Below are positions 16,824 to 26,205 of a stretch of 64,000 nucleotides of DNA, in pieces. Origin of the DNA: Nitrospirota bacterium. GTDB taxonomy: Bacteria > Nitrospirota > UBA9217. A program made the position numbers and the translations under genes. The DNA lies in NCBI GenBank assembly GCA_963740085.1, contig CAVUCU010000001.1:992001-1056000 (forward strand), given 5' to 3'. The first letter of the stretch is position 1; every line of letters starts with the position of its first letter. The notes below the pieces were generated by a model that worked only from the letters and a program-made list of their open reading frames with translations, made no database searches and was not told the origin of the DNA.

Positions 16824-17904
16824 TCACGCCAGCAGTTCCTGCAGCTGTCTCTCGTCCCACTCCTTCGTGACGACCACCTCGCCGATCTTCTTCGGGAGAA
16901 CAAACTTCGCCTTCCCGCCTTCCGCCTTCTTATCACCCTGCATCGTGACCATAAGCCCGCGCGCCGCCGGCTTGCGGCTGAGGGCCGAGAGGTCCGCCGG
17001 CAGACCGTAGGACCTGATAAGCATCTCCACCCTCTCGGGCACCGAGCTGTCGCACAAACCTGTCTTGTGTGCGAGACGCGAGGCGTATACCATGCCGATG
17101 GCAACGGCATGGCCATGGCGCATGGTGTAGTTTTCGGCGGTCTCGATCGCGTGGCCGACCGTGTGGCCGTAGTTCAGGATCGCGCGGAGGCCGCCCTCCC
17201 GCTCGTCCCTGCTCACCACCTCGGCCTTTATCTCACAGGAGCGCCGAATGACATGCTCAAGCGCGTCGGGATCGAGCGCAAGGATCTTTCCCCGGTTCTT
17301 GTCGAGGTATTCGAAAAAAGCCGCGTCCCGGATCACCCCGTACTTGATCACCTCTGCCATGCCCGAGAGGAACTCTTCCTTCGGCAGGGTCGCGAGCACG
17401 CTCAGATCCATCAAAACCTTCTTCGGCTGATGGAACGCGCCGATCATGTTCTTGCCCATGGGATGGTTCACGCCGGTCTTGCCGCCGACACTGCTGTCCA
17501 CCATCGCGAGAAGTGTGGTCGGAACTTGTGCAAACGGCACGCCGCGCATGAACGTTGCGGCCGCGAAACCCGCGAGGTCGCCGATCACGCCGCCGCCCAG
17601 CGCCACGAGCGCGCACGTGCGGTCGAAAAAGTTGGTCAGGAGCGCGGTATAGATGGCATTGGCCCAGTCAAGGTTCTTGAACTGCTCGCCATCGGGGATC
17701 TCGATGGACATGACCATGAACCCTGCCGCCTTGAGGCTGTCCGTCGACGCGCCGGCCATAAAGTTTCTTGACCGTGGGGTTCGTGACGAGGGCCATCTTC
17801 CGGCCGAAGCCGAGACCCGTCAGACATTCCCCGGTTTTCTCCAGGCTCGTGCCGATGTCGATGTCGTAGCTCCGGTCGTCAAGTTTGACGTTAACAGTAT
17901 GCAT
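16824..17904 (-). CDS. aroB: 3-dehydroquinate synthase, +1 frameshift near 17745 (likely assembly error)
   Basis: N-terminus MHTVNVKLDDRSYDIDIG in one frame. GGGVIGDLAGF, VDSSVGGKTG, LNYGHTVGHAIE in the other. 1081 bp. Confidence 0.9.
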
Positions 17905-18406
17905 GCCTCATTCTCTCTTTGATCGCTTTGATGACGTCGACGACGGACTTTTCTGATGTGTCAATGCAGACATCGGCCTGGGCATAGAACTTCGCGCGGC
18001 TGTCGAGCAGTTCTTTGATCTTCGTCTTTGGATCTGCCGTCTGGAGCAGGGGCCGGTGGGTTTCGTGCTTGATGCGCTCATAGATCACTTCAGGGCTCGC
18101 GGTGAGGCAGACTACGCACCCGTTCTTTTTGAAGGCCTCACGGTTCGCGTCCCGGATCACCGCTCCACCGCCGGTGGAGACCACCTGCCCCTCGCCCGCC
18201 ATGACCTGCTGGACGATCGCGGCCTCGACCTCGCGGAAGTAGGGTTCGCCGAATTTTGAGAAAAGGGATGTGATGGACAGGTTCTGGTCCGCTTCGATGA
18301 GCTTGTCTATGTCCACAAAGGTGTAACCCAGGTCCTTCGCAAGCTGTGTGCCCACGCTCGTCTTGCCCACGCCCATGAAACCCGTAAGAATGATATTTTT
18401 GAACAT
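17891..18406 (-). CDS. aroK: Shikimate kinase
   Basis: GFMGVGKT, D.D, GEPYFR, STGGG, RPLL. Confidence 0.93.
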   Translation of the reverse strand: MFKNIILTGFMGVGKTSVGTQLAKDLGYTFVDIDKLIEADQNLSITSLFSKFGEPYFREVEAAIVQQVMAGEGQVVSTGGGAVIRDANREAFKKNGCVVCLTASPEVIYERIKHETHRPLLQTADPKTKIKELLDSRAKFYAQADVCIDTSEKSVVDVIKAIKERMRHAYC

Positions 18407-18491
18407 GATGAATGCCTTACCACAAAGACACGAAGACATAAGAAAAGCCACGCATCATTAGATGAACTTCTGACTCCTGTCTTCTGTTCTT

Positions 18492-19679
18492 CTACTTCTT
18501 CTGCTCTTCTTCCCTCTCCATCCGCGCCGCCAGATGCCTTTCATACCCGAGGAAGTTGCGCTTCATCTCGTCGATATTGTCGCCGCCGAACTTCTCGATC
18601 ATGGCGGAGGCGATCTCGAAAGCCACCACGGCCTCGGCCACCACGCCTGCCGCCGGCACCGCACAGGTGTCGGATCGCTCGATGCTTGCTTTGTAGGGCT
18701 TCTTGCTTACCATGTCCACCGAGCGAAGCGGTTTATACAGCGTGGGGATGGGCTTCATGGCGGCACGAAGCGTGATGGTCTCGCCGTTGCTGATCCCGCC
18801 CTCTATGCCGCCCGCCATATTCGTCTTGCGGAAAAAACCTTCCTTTTTGTTCCAGAAGATCTCGTCGTGCACCTGGGAACCGGGCTTGTTCGCGGCGCCG
18901 AATCCCGCCCCGACCTCTACCCCCTTGATGGCCTGGATGCTCATGAGTGCGGCGGCGAGCCTGCCGTCGAGCTTCCGGTCCCAGTGCACGTGGCTGCCAA
19001 GCCCTGTCGGCGCACCGGCGACGAGCACTTCGAAGACGCCGCCGAGAGAATCTCCCGCCGCACGAGCTTCGTCTATTTTGCGCATCATCCGCTTTTCCGC
19101 CTCATGATCGATGCAGTGCAGTTCCGATGCCCCGGCCCTCTTTTTGATCTCATGAACTGACGTCTTCGGGACCTTGGCGTATACATTCCCGATGGAGAGC
19201 ACGTGGCTCACGACCTCGATGTTGAACTCTTCGAGCAGCCTCTTTGCCACTGCGCCGACCGCAACCCGCATGGCCGTTTCTCGGGCGCTCGATCGCTCAA
19301 GGATGCTTCGGATATCCATACATCCGTACTTCAAGGCGCCTGCCAGGTCCGCGTGCCCCGGACGGGGACGCGTGACCGGGTCCGCCGAGTTCAGGAACAT
19401 GGGATCCGGTGACATCTTGTCACGCCAGTTCTCCCAGTCCTTGTTGCGGATGATGAGCCCGATCGGACTGCCGATCGTCCTCCCCCAGCGGACGCCGGTG
19501 TAGATCTTGACCGTGTCCTTCTCGATCTTCATGCGGCCGCCGCGCCCGTATCCGCCCTGCCTCCTGGCAAGATCGCGGTCTATATCCGTCACCCGGATCA
19601 AGAGGCCCGAGGGCATGCCCTCGATGACCCCCATAAGAAGCTCGCCGTGCGATTCACCGGCAGTTATAAAACGTAACAT
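18492..19679 (-). CDS. aroC: Chorismate synthase
   Basis: [42 protein letters not shown]. Confidence 0.95.
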   Translation of the reverse strand: MLRFITAGESHGELLMGVIEGMPSGLLIRVTDIDRDLARRQGGYGRGGRMKIEKDTVKIYTGVRWGRTIGSPIGLIIRNKDWENWRDKMSPDPMFLNSADPVTRPRPGHADLAGALKYGCMDIRSILERSSARETAMRVAVGAVAKRLLEEFNIEVVSHVLSIGNVYAKVPKTSVHEIKKRAGASELHCIDHEAEKRMMRKIDEARAAGDSLGGVFEVLVAGAPTGLGSHVHWDRKLDGRLAAALMSIQAIKGVEVGAGFGAANKPGSQVHDEIFWNKKEGFFRKTNMAGGIEGGISNGETITLRAAMKPIPTLYKPLRSVDMVSKKPYKASIERSDTCAVPAAGVVAEAVVAFEIASAMIEKFGGDNIDEMKRNFLGYERHLAARMEREEEQKK

Positions 19680-19959
19680 TATACTTTTCCCTCCCTTGTA
19701 CAAGGCATCCTGCCATGACCTCACAAACGGTTTTAAAGGCAAAAATACCCTAAAATCGCGCTCATCATAGCAAATTTGAAGTAGAAGTGCAATCAAAAGT
19801 ATGGTACTATTCGGTGTCTTTTAAGGGGTTTTAACTGTTTTTGGGGGGTAAGAACCGCCTCCGACGAATACTTTTGTATCTAAAACAAACGGTAGAGTCC
19901 CGGATTATGAGATATCAAATACATCGTTCGACGGCACTATCCCTTATAAAAGGACCCCT

Positions 19960-20691
19960 ATGATCGCCCTTCTGTGTTCCGTCCAGGCCGAAGCAGACCG
20001 TCTTCTCGCATCAATTGCCGTGATAAAGGGCACGACGCTCGGCTCCAAACAACTTATAGAAGGAACCCTCGGCCAACAGCGGATAATCCTGTGCATCGGC
20101 GGCATGGGCAAGGTCAATGCCGCCCATGCGGCAACGCTTATGCTCTTCCGGTTCGATCCCGAGGCTGTCATAGTCTTCGGTATCGGCGGCGCTTACCCAT
20201 CGTCTGGCGCCGGGATCGGCGATCTCGCGGTCGCAAAGGAGGAGATCGCCGGCGATGAAGGCGTTCTGACCCGGGAGGGCTTCAGGGACGCGAGGTACAT
20301 CGGTATCCCCCTTCTCAAGACAGCCGGGTCGGAGGTCTACTCGACTTACCCCGCATCAGAACCCCTGTTGCATAGCTCTTTGCAGTCCCTTAATGCTCAT
20401 GGGAAATCGGGACAGGGCAAAATTCGCGTCGGGAGTTTCGTCACCCTGTCAACCTGCACCGGCACCACGGCACGCGCGAAGGAACTGGAAGAGCGCTACC
20501 ATGCGCTCTGCGAGAACATGGAGGGGGCCGCGGTCGCGCAGGTGGCGTCACTGCATGGCGTTCCCTGGCTCGAGGTCCGCGGCATCTCGAATCTCGTGGA
20601 GGACCGTGATCTGAAGAAGTGGGACCTCCCGGGGGCCGCGGGGGCGGCACAGCAGGCGGTTCAACATATCGTGGAGGGCTGGAGCAAGTGA
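19960..20691 (+). CDS. mqnB: Futalosine hydrolase
   Basis: PNP/MTAN fold (GMGKVNAA, FGIGGAY, TCTGT, ENMEGAA, EVRGISN). Overlaps mqnD. Confidence 0.88.
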   Translation: MIALLCSVQAEADRLLASIAVIKGTTLGSKQLIEGTLGQQRIILCIGGMGKVNAAHAATLMLFRFDPEAVIVFGIGGAYPSSGAGIGDLAVAKEEIAGDEGVLTREGFRDARYIGIPLLKTAGSEVYSTYPASEPLLHSSLQSLNAHGKSGQGKIRVGSFVTLSTCTGTTARAKELEERYHALCENMEGAAVAQVASLHGVPWLEVRGISNLVEDRDLKKWDLPGAAGAAQQAVQHIVEGWSK

Positions 20692-21527
20692 AATCTGTGC
20701 TCACCATCGGTTATTCGCCCTGCCCGAACGATACCTTCATCTTTTACGCGCTCGTTCACGGCAAGGTTCGTGTCCCGGGCTTTGAATTCCGCGAAAAGCT
20801 GGCGGATGTCGAATCCCTGAACAGGATGGCGCTGGAGAGCAGTCTCGACATAACGAAGATATCGTTCCATGCCCTGGGGCATCTGCGTGAACAGTACGCC
20901 TTGCTCCGTTCCGGCAGCGCGCTCGGCCGCGGCTGCGGTCCGCTTATCGTTGCGAAACCGGGGACCAGACTTGAGGACATTAAAAAAGGCCCTGTCGCCA
21001 TCCCCGGCAAGCTTACCACGGCATCTCTTCTTCTCCGGCTTTATGATCCGTCAATCACCGATGTCCTTGTCATGCCCTTTGACCGGATCATGGATGCGGT
21101 TTTAAAGGGTGATGCGTCGGCAGGGCTCATTATCCACGAAAGCCGCTTCACGTATCCGCTTTACAAGCTCGAGAAACTGCTTGACCTCGGCGAGTGGTGG
21201 GAAAAACATTCCGGCCTCCCTATCCCGCTCGGCGGCATACTCGGGAAGAGATCGCTCGGCCGCGACGTCCTGCGCTCCGTTGAGGCCGGTATCCGCGAGA
21301 GCTTACAGTACGCCAACGGTCACCCGAACGAGGTCTTGGCCTATTGCAAACAGCACAGCCAGGAGATGGACGAGACGGTGATGAAGGGCCATATCGACCT
21401 GTATGTGAACGATTTCTCGCTCGACCTGGGACAGGACGGTCTTGCTTCGGTGCGCAGGCTCTTTGATGAGGCAGAGGCAAGCGGGATATTTCCCCGCTCC
21501 GACAGACCGCTCCTGGCCGAAGAATGA
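20688..21527 (+). CDS. mqnD: 1,4-dihydroxy-6-naphthoate synthase
   Basis: SPCPNDTFIF, DVESLN, ALGRGCGP, IIHESRFTY, LPIPLG, HIDLYVN. GTG start at 20688. Confidence 0.92.
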   Translation: MKSVLTIGYSPCPNDTFIFYALVHGKVRVPGFEFREKLADVESLNRMALESSLDITKISFHALGHLREQYALLRSGSALGRGCGPLIVAKPGTRLEDIKKGPVAIPGKLTTASLLLRLYDPSITDVLVMPFDRIMDAVLKGDASAGLIIHESRFTYPLYKLEKLLDLGEWWEKHSGLPIPLGGILGKRSLGRDVLRSVEAGIRESLQYANGHPNEVLAYCKQHSQEMDETVMKGHIDLYVNDFSLDLGQDGLASVRRLFDEAEASGIFPRSDRPLLAEE

Positions 21528-21615
21528 TTTCCCCACTGTTCAGAAAACTCTTATGGTATAATCAGGTCTACGTTTGGCCTTTTCCATTCCCGTAAATTTT
21601 CTTTCAGGAGGCCCT

Positions 21616-22179
21616 ATGTTCGCATGGATCTTTCTCGCAGTGCTCGGATTGGTTCTGATCTGGCTTGTTCTGATCTACAACGGTCTCGTATCGATCCGGA
21701 ATGATGTGCAGAACGCGTGGAAGCAGATCGATGTGCAGCTCAAGCGCCGGCATGATCTGATCCCAAACCTTGTCTCGACGGTGAAAGGGGTAATGGAATT
21801 CGAGCAGGACACCCTCGAGAAGGTGATCTCGGCCAGGGCGAAGGCGGTTTCCGCGGGCACCCCCGCCTCCAAAGCCGAGTCTGAGAACATGCTCACCCAG
21901 GCACTGGGAAAACTTTTCGCTGTAATGGAAAACTATCCCGCGCTCAAAAGCAATCAGAACGTCATGCAGCTCCAGGAGGAGCTTACCTCCACCGAGAACC
22001 GGATCTCCTTCTCGCGCCAGCTCTACAACGACCTGGTAGCCAACTATCGTACAAAGCTTCAGGTATTCCCGAACAACGCCGTTTCGTCTCTCTTCAACTT
22101 CCAGACCGAGGAATATTTCGGGGCTGAGGAAGCGGATCGCGCGGTACCGGGAGTGAATCTGAGCCTGAGAGGAAAGTAA
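21616..22179 (+). CDS. lemA: LemA family protein
   Basis: N-terminal TM, YNGLV, IDVQLKRRHDLIPNLV, ENYPALK, TENRI. Confidence 0.93.
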   Translation: MFAWIFLAVLGLVLIWLVLIYNGLVSIRNDVQNAWKQIDVQLKRRHDLIPNLVSTVKGVMEFEQDTLEKVISARAKAVSAGTPASKAESENMLTQALGKLFAVMENYPALKSNQNVMQLQEELTSTENRISFSRQLYNDLVANYRTKLQVFPNNAVSSLFNFQTEEYFGAEEADRAVPGVNLSLRGK

Positions 22180-22184
22180 AAAAA

Positions 22185-22257
22185 GCAGAGGCCAGAAGTC
22201 AGAATGATGTCTTCTCCCGACTCCTGACTCTGACTCGACTCCTGACTACTGCTTCTC
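22185..22257. repeat. Heptamer-repeat element (AGAAGTC / GACTCCT)
   Basis: AGAGGCCAGAAGTCAGAA ... GACTCCTGACTCTGACTCGACTCCTGACTACT. Confidence 0.65.
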
Positions 22258-22259
22258 CT

Positions 22260-23897
22260 ATGCCCCTTACCTTCATCGACATAGAGCGACAAAAGAACTG
22301 GCGTATCTGGGTGTTCTTCCTGGTCCTCATGCTTCTCTACCTCGTCCTTACCGCCCTTTTTGCGGCAACCTTCCTCCATGTCACCTGGTATGCTGAGACG
22401 CGCTTCTGGGTATTCGCCGGGGCGACGGCCCTGCTCGTGGCAGGGATACATTTCTGGTTCTCAGCCTTCGACACCGTCGGGACCGTGGTCCGCAGTCTTG
22501 ATGGTCAGCAGCCGGACCCTCAGGACGATATTCATAAAATGCTCATGAATGTCATGCAAGAGGTCCACGTCGTGACGGGACAGAAACGAACAATGCAGTG
22601 CGTGGTCATCCCTACCCTTTCCATGAATGCCCTGGCAGTGGCGGACCTCAAGGGAGAGGCCGTCATCGGGATCACCGAAGGGCTGCTCTCGCGCCTCACC
22701 CGCCCGCAGCTCGAGGCCGTGATCGCCCATGAGGCCCATCACATCCTCTCGGGCGACTGCCTCGAAACCACTGTTGCGGCGAGTCTCTTCGGATCCTACT
22801 CCACCGCCATGGAAAAATTGACCAGCGCATCAAGAGGCCGGACGTTCGCATCTCCCGCGTTCCTCCTCGCCTGGATCCTGCTCCAGTTAAGCTCCCTGCT
22901 GAACATGTTCATATCGCGAGAACGGGAGTACCGCGCCGACGCCGCGTCCGTGCGCATGACCAGAAACCCGATCGCGCTTGCTGAAACGCTGCACCTCTTG
23001 TCACGAAGCTGGCGTGGGGCCGGGTTCATCGGCAGCGGTTTCGAGATGCTCTGCATCGTGAACCCTCAGGCAACTGCGTTGGACGAGCAGGAAGGCTTCT
23101 GGGCAGACCTCCTCTCGACCCATCCGCCGCTCAGGAAAAGGATGGATATCCTGCTCAAAATGGCGCGGGTGAGCCTCGCCGAGCTGGATGCGAAAACCAC
23201 GAAGTCCGTCACAACGAATACGCAGGCACCCGCTGCCCCGCCGTACTACGCAATGAGCCCGGGGCAGCAGTGGCAGGGGCCGTTCACGTTGGTCGAACTT
23301 GCCGCGCTCCCGTGGCTCTCACCCCTCACCTGGTTCACCAAAGGCAAGGACCAGCCTGTAGAGCGAGCTTCAAAGGAGCCCTGTATCAACGATATCTTTC
23401 TGTCGCGGCTCTCCGGGCAGGAGCTCCCTCTCTCGAATTTCTCGTGCCCGTCCTGCAGTCAACCGCTGGTAACGGAATCATACGAAGGCACCTGGTTCTA
23501 TCAGTGCCGCTTCTGTGCCGGGATCCTGGTGGATTCAGTCAAGATCCCGCGGATCATTGCGCGGACAGGAAGGGATCGGCCCTGTTCTGAGCGGATCAAC
23601 TCGCTTGCAAAAACGGTTGTAAAAGAGAATCAGCTCCGGCAGCCGTTTCGGAAATACGGCATCGCCGGCAGATCCGCGATCCCGCTGCTTCCCTGTCCAA
23701 AGTGCCGCAATCCGATGTCGCGGGGATTTTACAGCCAGGGGCACCTGATCGAGGTCGACCGTTGCAGTTTCTGCGGCATCACATGGTTCGATCAGGACGA
23801 GCTCGAGATGCTGCAGTGCCTGATCGAGAACCGGATCGTACCCGACATCACAGGGACTGACCATGTCGGGCGATCAAATCTTTATGTCCTCGATTAA
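22260..23897 (+). CDS. HtpX-like M48 zinc metalloprotease with C-terminal zinc ribbons
   Basis: NAL, TEGLL, AHEAHH (HExxH), SREREYRADA, STHPP. Then CPSC..CRFC and CPKC..CSFC..WFDQDEL. Confidence 0.85.
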   Translation: MPLTFIDIERQKNWRIWVFFLVLMLLYLVLTALFAATFLHVTWYAETRFWVFAGATALLVAGIHFWFSAFDTVGTVVRSLDGQQPDPQDDIHKMLMNVMQEVHVVTGQKRTMQCVVIPTLSMNALAVADLKGEAVIGITEGLLSRLTRPQLEAVIAHEAHHILSGDCLETTVAASLFGSYSTAMEKLTSASRGRTFASPAFLLAWILLQLSSLLNMFISREREYRADAASVRMTRNPIALAETLHLLSRSWRGAGFIGSGFEMLCIVNPQATALDEQEGFWADLLSTHPPLRKRMDILLKMARVSLAELDAKTTKSVTTNTQAPAAPPYYAMSPGQQWQGPFTLVELAALPWLSPLTWFTKGKDQPVERASKEPCINDIFLSRLSGQELPLSNFSCPSCSQPLVTESYEGTWFYQCRFCAGILVDSVKIPRIIARTGRDRPCSERINSLAKTVVKENQLRQPFRKYGIAGRSAIPLLPCPKCRNPMSRGFYSQGHLIEVDRCSFCGITWFDQDELEMLQCLIENRIVPDITGTDHVGRSNLYVLD

Positions 23898-23909
23898 AAG
23901 GACCTTTTT

Positions 23910-24584
23910 ATGATCACTATCAAGCTGTTCGCAATACTGAAGGACAAGGCGGGACGTGATGAACTGCGTATCAACTCATGTTCATCGACGGTATCGGAAC
24001 TGCTGAAGGAAGTATCGGATGAATATCCAGTCTTGTCCGAGATCATCTCCAGCGGCAGGATCCTGACCTCGGTGAACCAGGAGTTCGTCAAGGGTGACGC
24101 CCCGGTCAAGGACGGGGATGAAGTGGCGCTCATGCCGCCCTTCTCCGGCGGCAGCCAGGCGCAGGGTCGTGTCTGCATCCAAACGGGGCCATTTTTTCTG
24201 GATAAAGAGATCGAACGGCTGAAGAAGGCCTCGTCATCAATCGGTGCCATCGTTACCTTCCTCGGAACAACGCGTGATATCTCGGGGGGGAAACCGGTGG
24301 CTAAGCTCGAGTTCGAACACTATCCCGGCATGGCAGAGAAAAAACTCGGTGAGATCAGAGCGCAGGCGATGAGAGATTACGGAGTGATCGAGGTGACGAT
24401 CATTCACCGGACCGGCCTGTTGCCGATAGGAGAGAACATCGTACTGATCGCAGTAGCGGCTGGGCACCGTGATGAGGCGTTCAAGGCCTGCCGATTCTGT
24501 ATCGATGAATTAAAGAGAATCACGCCGATCTGGAAAAAGGAAACAACGCTCGAAGGGGAAGTGTGGGTGGAGGGGCATCCGTGA
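23910..24584 (+). CDS. Fused molybdopterin synthase MoaD-MoaE (MoaX-like)
   Basis: IKLFA..GDEVALMPPFSGG (MoaD) continues into GAIVTFLGTTR..HRTG..HRDEAF..PIWKKE (MoaE). Confidence 0.88.
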   Translation: MITIKLFAILKDKAGRDELRINSCSSTVSELLKEVSDEYPVLSEIISSGRILTSVNQEFVKGDAPVKDGDEVALMPPFSGGSQAQGRVCIQTGPFFLDKEIERLKKASSSIGAIVTFLGTTRDISGGKPVAKLEFEHYPGMAEKKLGEIRAQAMRDYGVIEVTIIHRTGLLPIGENIVLIAVAAGHRDEAFKACRFCIDELKRITPIWKKETTLEGEVWVEGHP

Positions 24585-24663
24585 GAGTCTTATGCGTTTG
24601 AAGAGTCTGAGGAGTCTAAAGAGAGACATCCCGGCTCGTTAGACTCTCATCTCGTCAGACTCG

Positions 24664-25098
24664 TTAGACTGTTGTTTTCTTCGGTTCTTTTTCCCCGTCC
24701 CTCAGGAAGACCACGCAGGTCGTACAGTCCTCTTCCTTTCGACACCGGGTGGTTTCCCAGCACGGTTTGCCCTTGTTCGTAAACGCTGTGCAAACCACGC
24801 GCCGTTCGTCAGGACAGTCCCTGATCTCCCAGCAGGGCGCGTAATCAAGGAGCTTCTTGATCCCCTCAATGCTGATCTTTCTTGAGTGGATCAGCTCGCG
24901 GATACAGCGCAGCCACTTGATGTCATTTTCCGTATAGAGCCGGTTTCTCCGCTCCCGCGTCGGGAGGATCAGCCCGTGTTTCTCGTAAAGGCGCAAAGTC
25001 TGTGCCGTGGTCCCGACCAGTTTTGCGGCCACGCCCATGGTATAGAGCGGTGCGTCCTTGTCTTTGAGTACATCCAGTTTATCGACTGCCGTATGCAT
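24664..25098 (-). CDS. MerR/HspR-type regulator with Cys-rich two-CW C-terminal domain
   Basis: YTMGVAAKLVG..QTLRLYEKHGLI.P.R..RLYT. C-terminal PCWE..C..C..PCWE..C..CTTC. Confidence 0.85.
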   Translation of the reverse strand: MHTAVDKLDVLKDKDAPLYTMGVAAKLVGTTAQTLRLYEKHGLILPTRERRNRLYTENDIKWLRCIRELIHSRKISIEGIKKLLDYAPCWEIRDCPDERRVVCTAFTNKGKPCWETTRCRKEEDCTTCVVFLRDGEKEPKKTTV

Positions 25099-25115
25099 TC
25101 ATCTTCCTCCAGGTC

Positions 25116-25832
25116 CTACCGTGGTATAAGGATCGTCATCTTGTCCATGAGCAGCAGCACTCCCATGATGATCAGGATGACGCCGCTTGTTATCTTGATT
25201 GCCTTGAAATGTTTTTTCAGCTTGCTGAACGACGACAGGAATGCGCTGATGAGAACGGCCGAAAGGATAAAAGGGATCCCGAGGCCGAGCGAATAGAACA
25301 CGAGCAACACTGTGCCGTTGCCAAGGGATTCACTCGTCATGGCCAGAGTCAGCACCGATCCCAGAAAGGGTCCGGTGCAGGGGGTCCAGCCGGCGCCGAA
25401 GATCATGCCGACGATGATCGTACCGATGAAGCCTGCAGGCCGCGTCTTAAGATGAAGTTTCGCCTCTCTTTGGAGAAAAGGAATGTCCACCACGTCCATG
25501 ACAAAAATGCCCATGATGATGATGAGCACCCCGCCGACGATCCGGATGGTTTTCAAGTGCTGCGCAAGGAGACTGCCTGCCAGGCTGGCCGATGCCCCCA
25601 GGAGAACAAAGATAAGGGAGAACCCCCCGACAAAAGCGAGGGAATGAAGCAGGGTTATCCTCATGTTCTTTTTGCGCGAATCACGGCTCATCAGTTCGTC
25701 ATAGTTGATGCCGGTGATGTATGAAACATATGAAGGTACAAGGGGAAGAATACAGGGCGACGCGAACGAGATAAGACCCATGGCGAGCGAGTATAGCAAA
25801 ATATACAGTGTCAATCCATGTGAAAGGTCCAT
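25116..25832 (-). CDS. ccdA: Cytochrome c biogenesis thiol-disulfide transporter CcdA
   Basis: SFASPCILPLVPSY, GWTPCTGP, YSLGLGIPF. Six TMs. Confidence 0.92.
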   Translation of the reverse strand: MDLSHGLTLYILLYSLAMGLISFASPCILPLVPSYVSYITGINYDELMSRDSRKKNMRITLLHSLAFVGGFSLIFVLLGASASLAGSLLAQHLKTIRIVGGVLIIIMGIFVMDVVDIPFLQREAKLHLKTRPAGFIGTIIVGMIFGAGWTPCTGPFLGSVLTLAMTSESLGNGTVLLVFYSLGLGIPFILSAVLISAFLSSFSKLKKHFKAIKITSGVILIIMGVLLLMDKMTILIPR

Positions 25833-26136
25833 GAAGATCGATCTCCCTTGGGTGGAAGTTCATAATACCAAAGCCCAATAAACATATCAAGCAAAACTTT
25901 TGCTGTTTTCCAGTTTACTTGTTCTTATAATTATAAGCAGCATTACCCAATATTTTAACTTTAGTTTGACATTGTCCGCGTGGAGCCGTCCAATGGTTCG
26001 AAGCAGATACCCAGGCTGCTTGAAAATCCGCAGTCATGGCAGTTCTCCTCCCGTTCCACCGATTAAAATGGCATACATCCTGCGAACACTGAAACTCAAC
26101 TTGCAGAGGCAGACGGTATCTTTGTGCTTAAAATAC

Positions 26137-26173
26137 AAAAAACCGCCCTGCACCATCATAGGTACAGAGCGGT
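26137..26173 (-). terminator. Terminator of porin gene
   Basis: ACCGCTCTGTACC-TATGAT-GGTGCAGGGCGGT-TTTTT. Confidence 0.7.
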
Positions 26174-26205
26174 CGTTTAATACAAGCTCAGTGATGCCGG
26201 TTACA

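Noticed and set aside
25925-25936. PerR/Fur box (TTATAATTATAA)
   Set aside because: Shorter than the 7-1-7 consensus and in AT-rich DNA, so chance is likely
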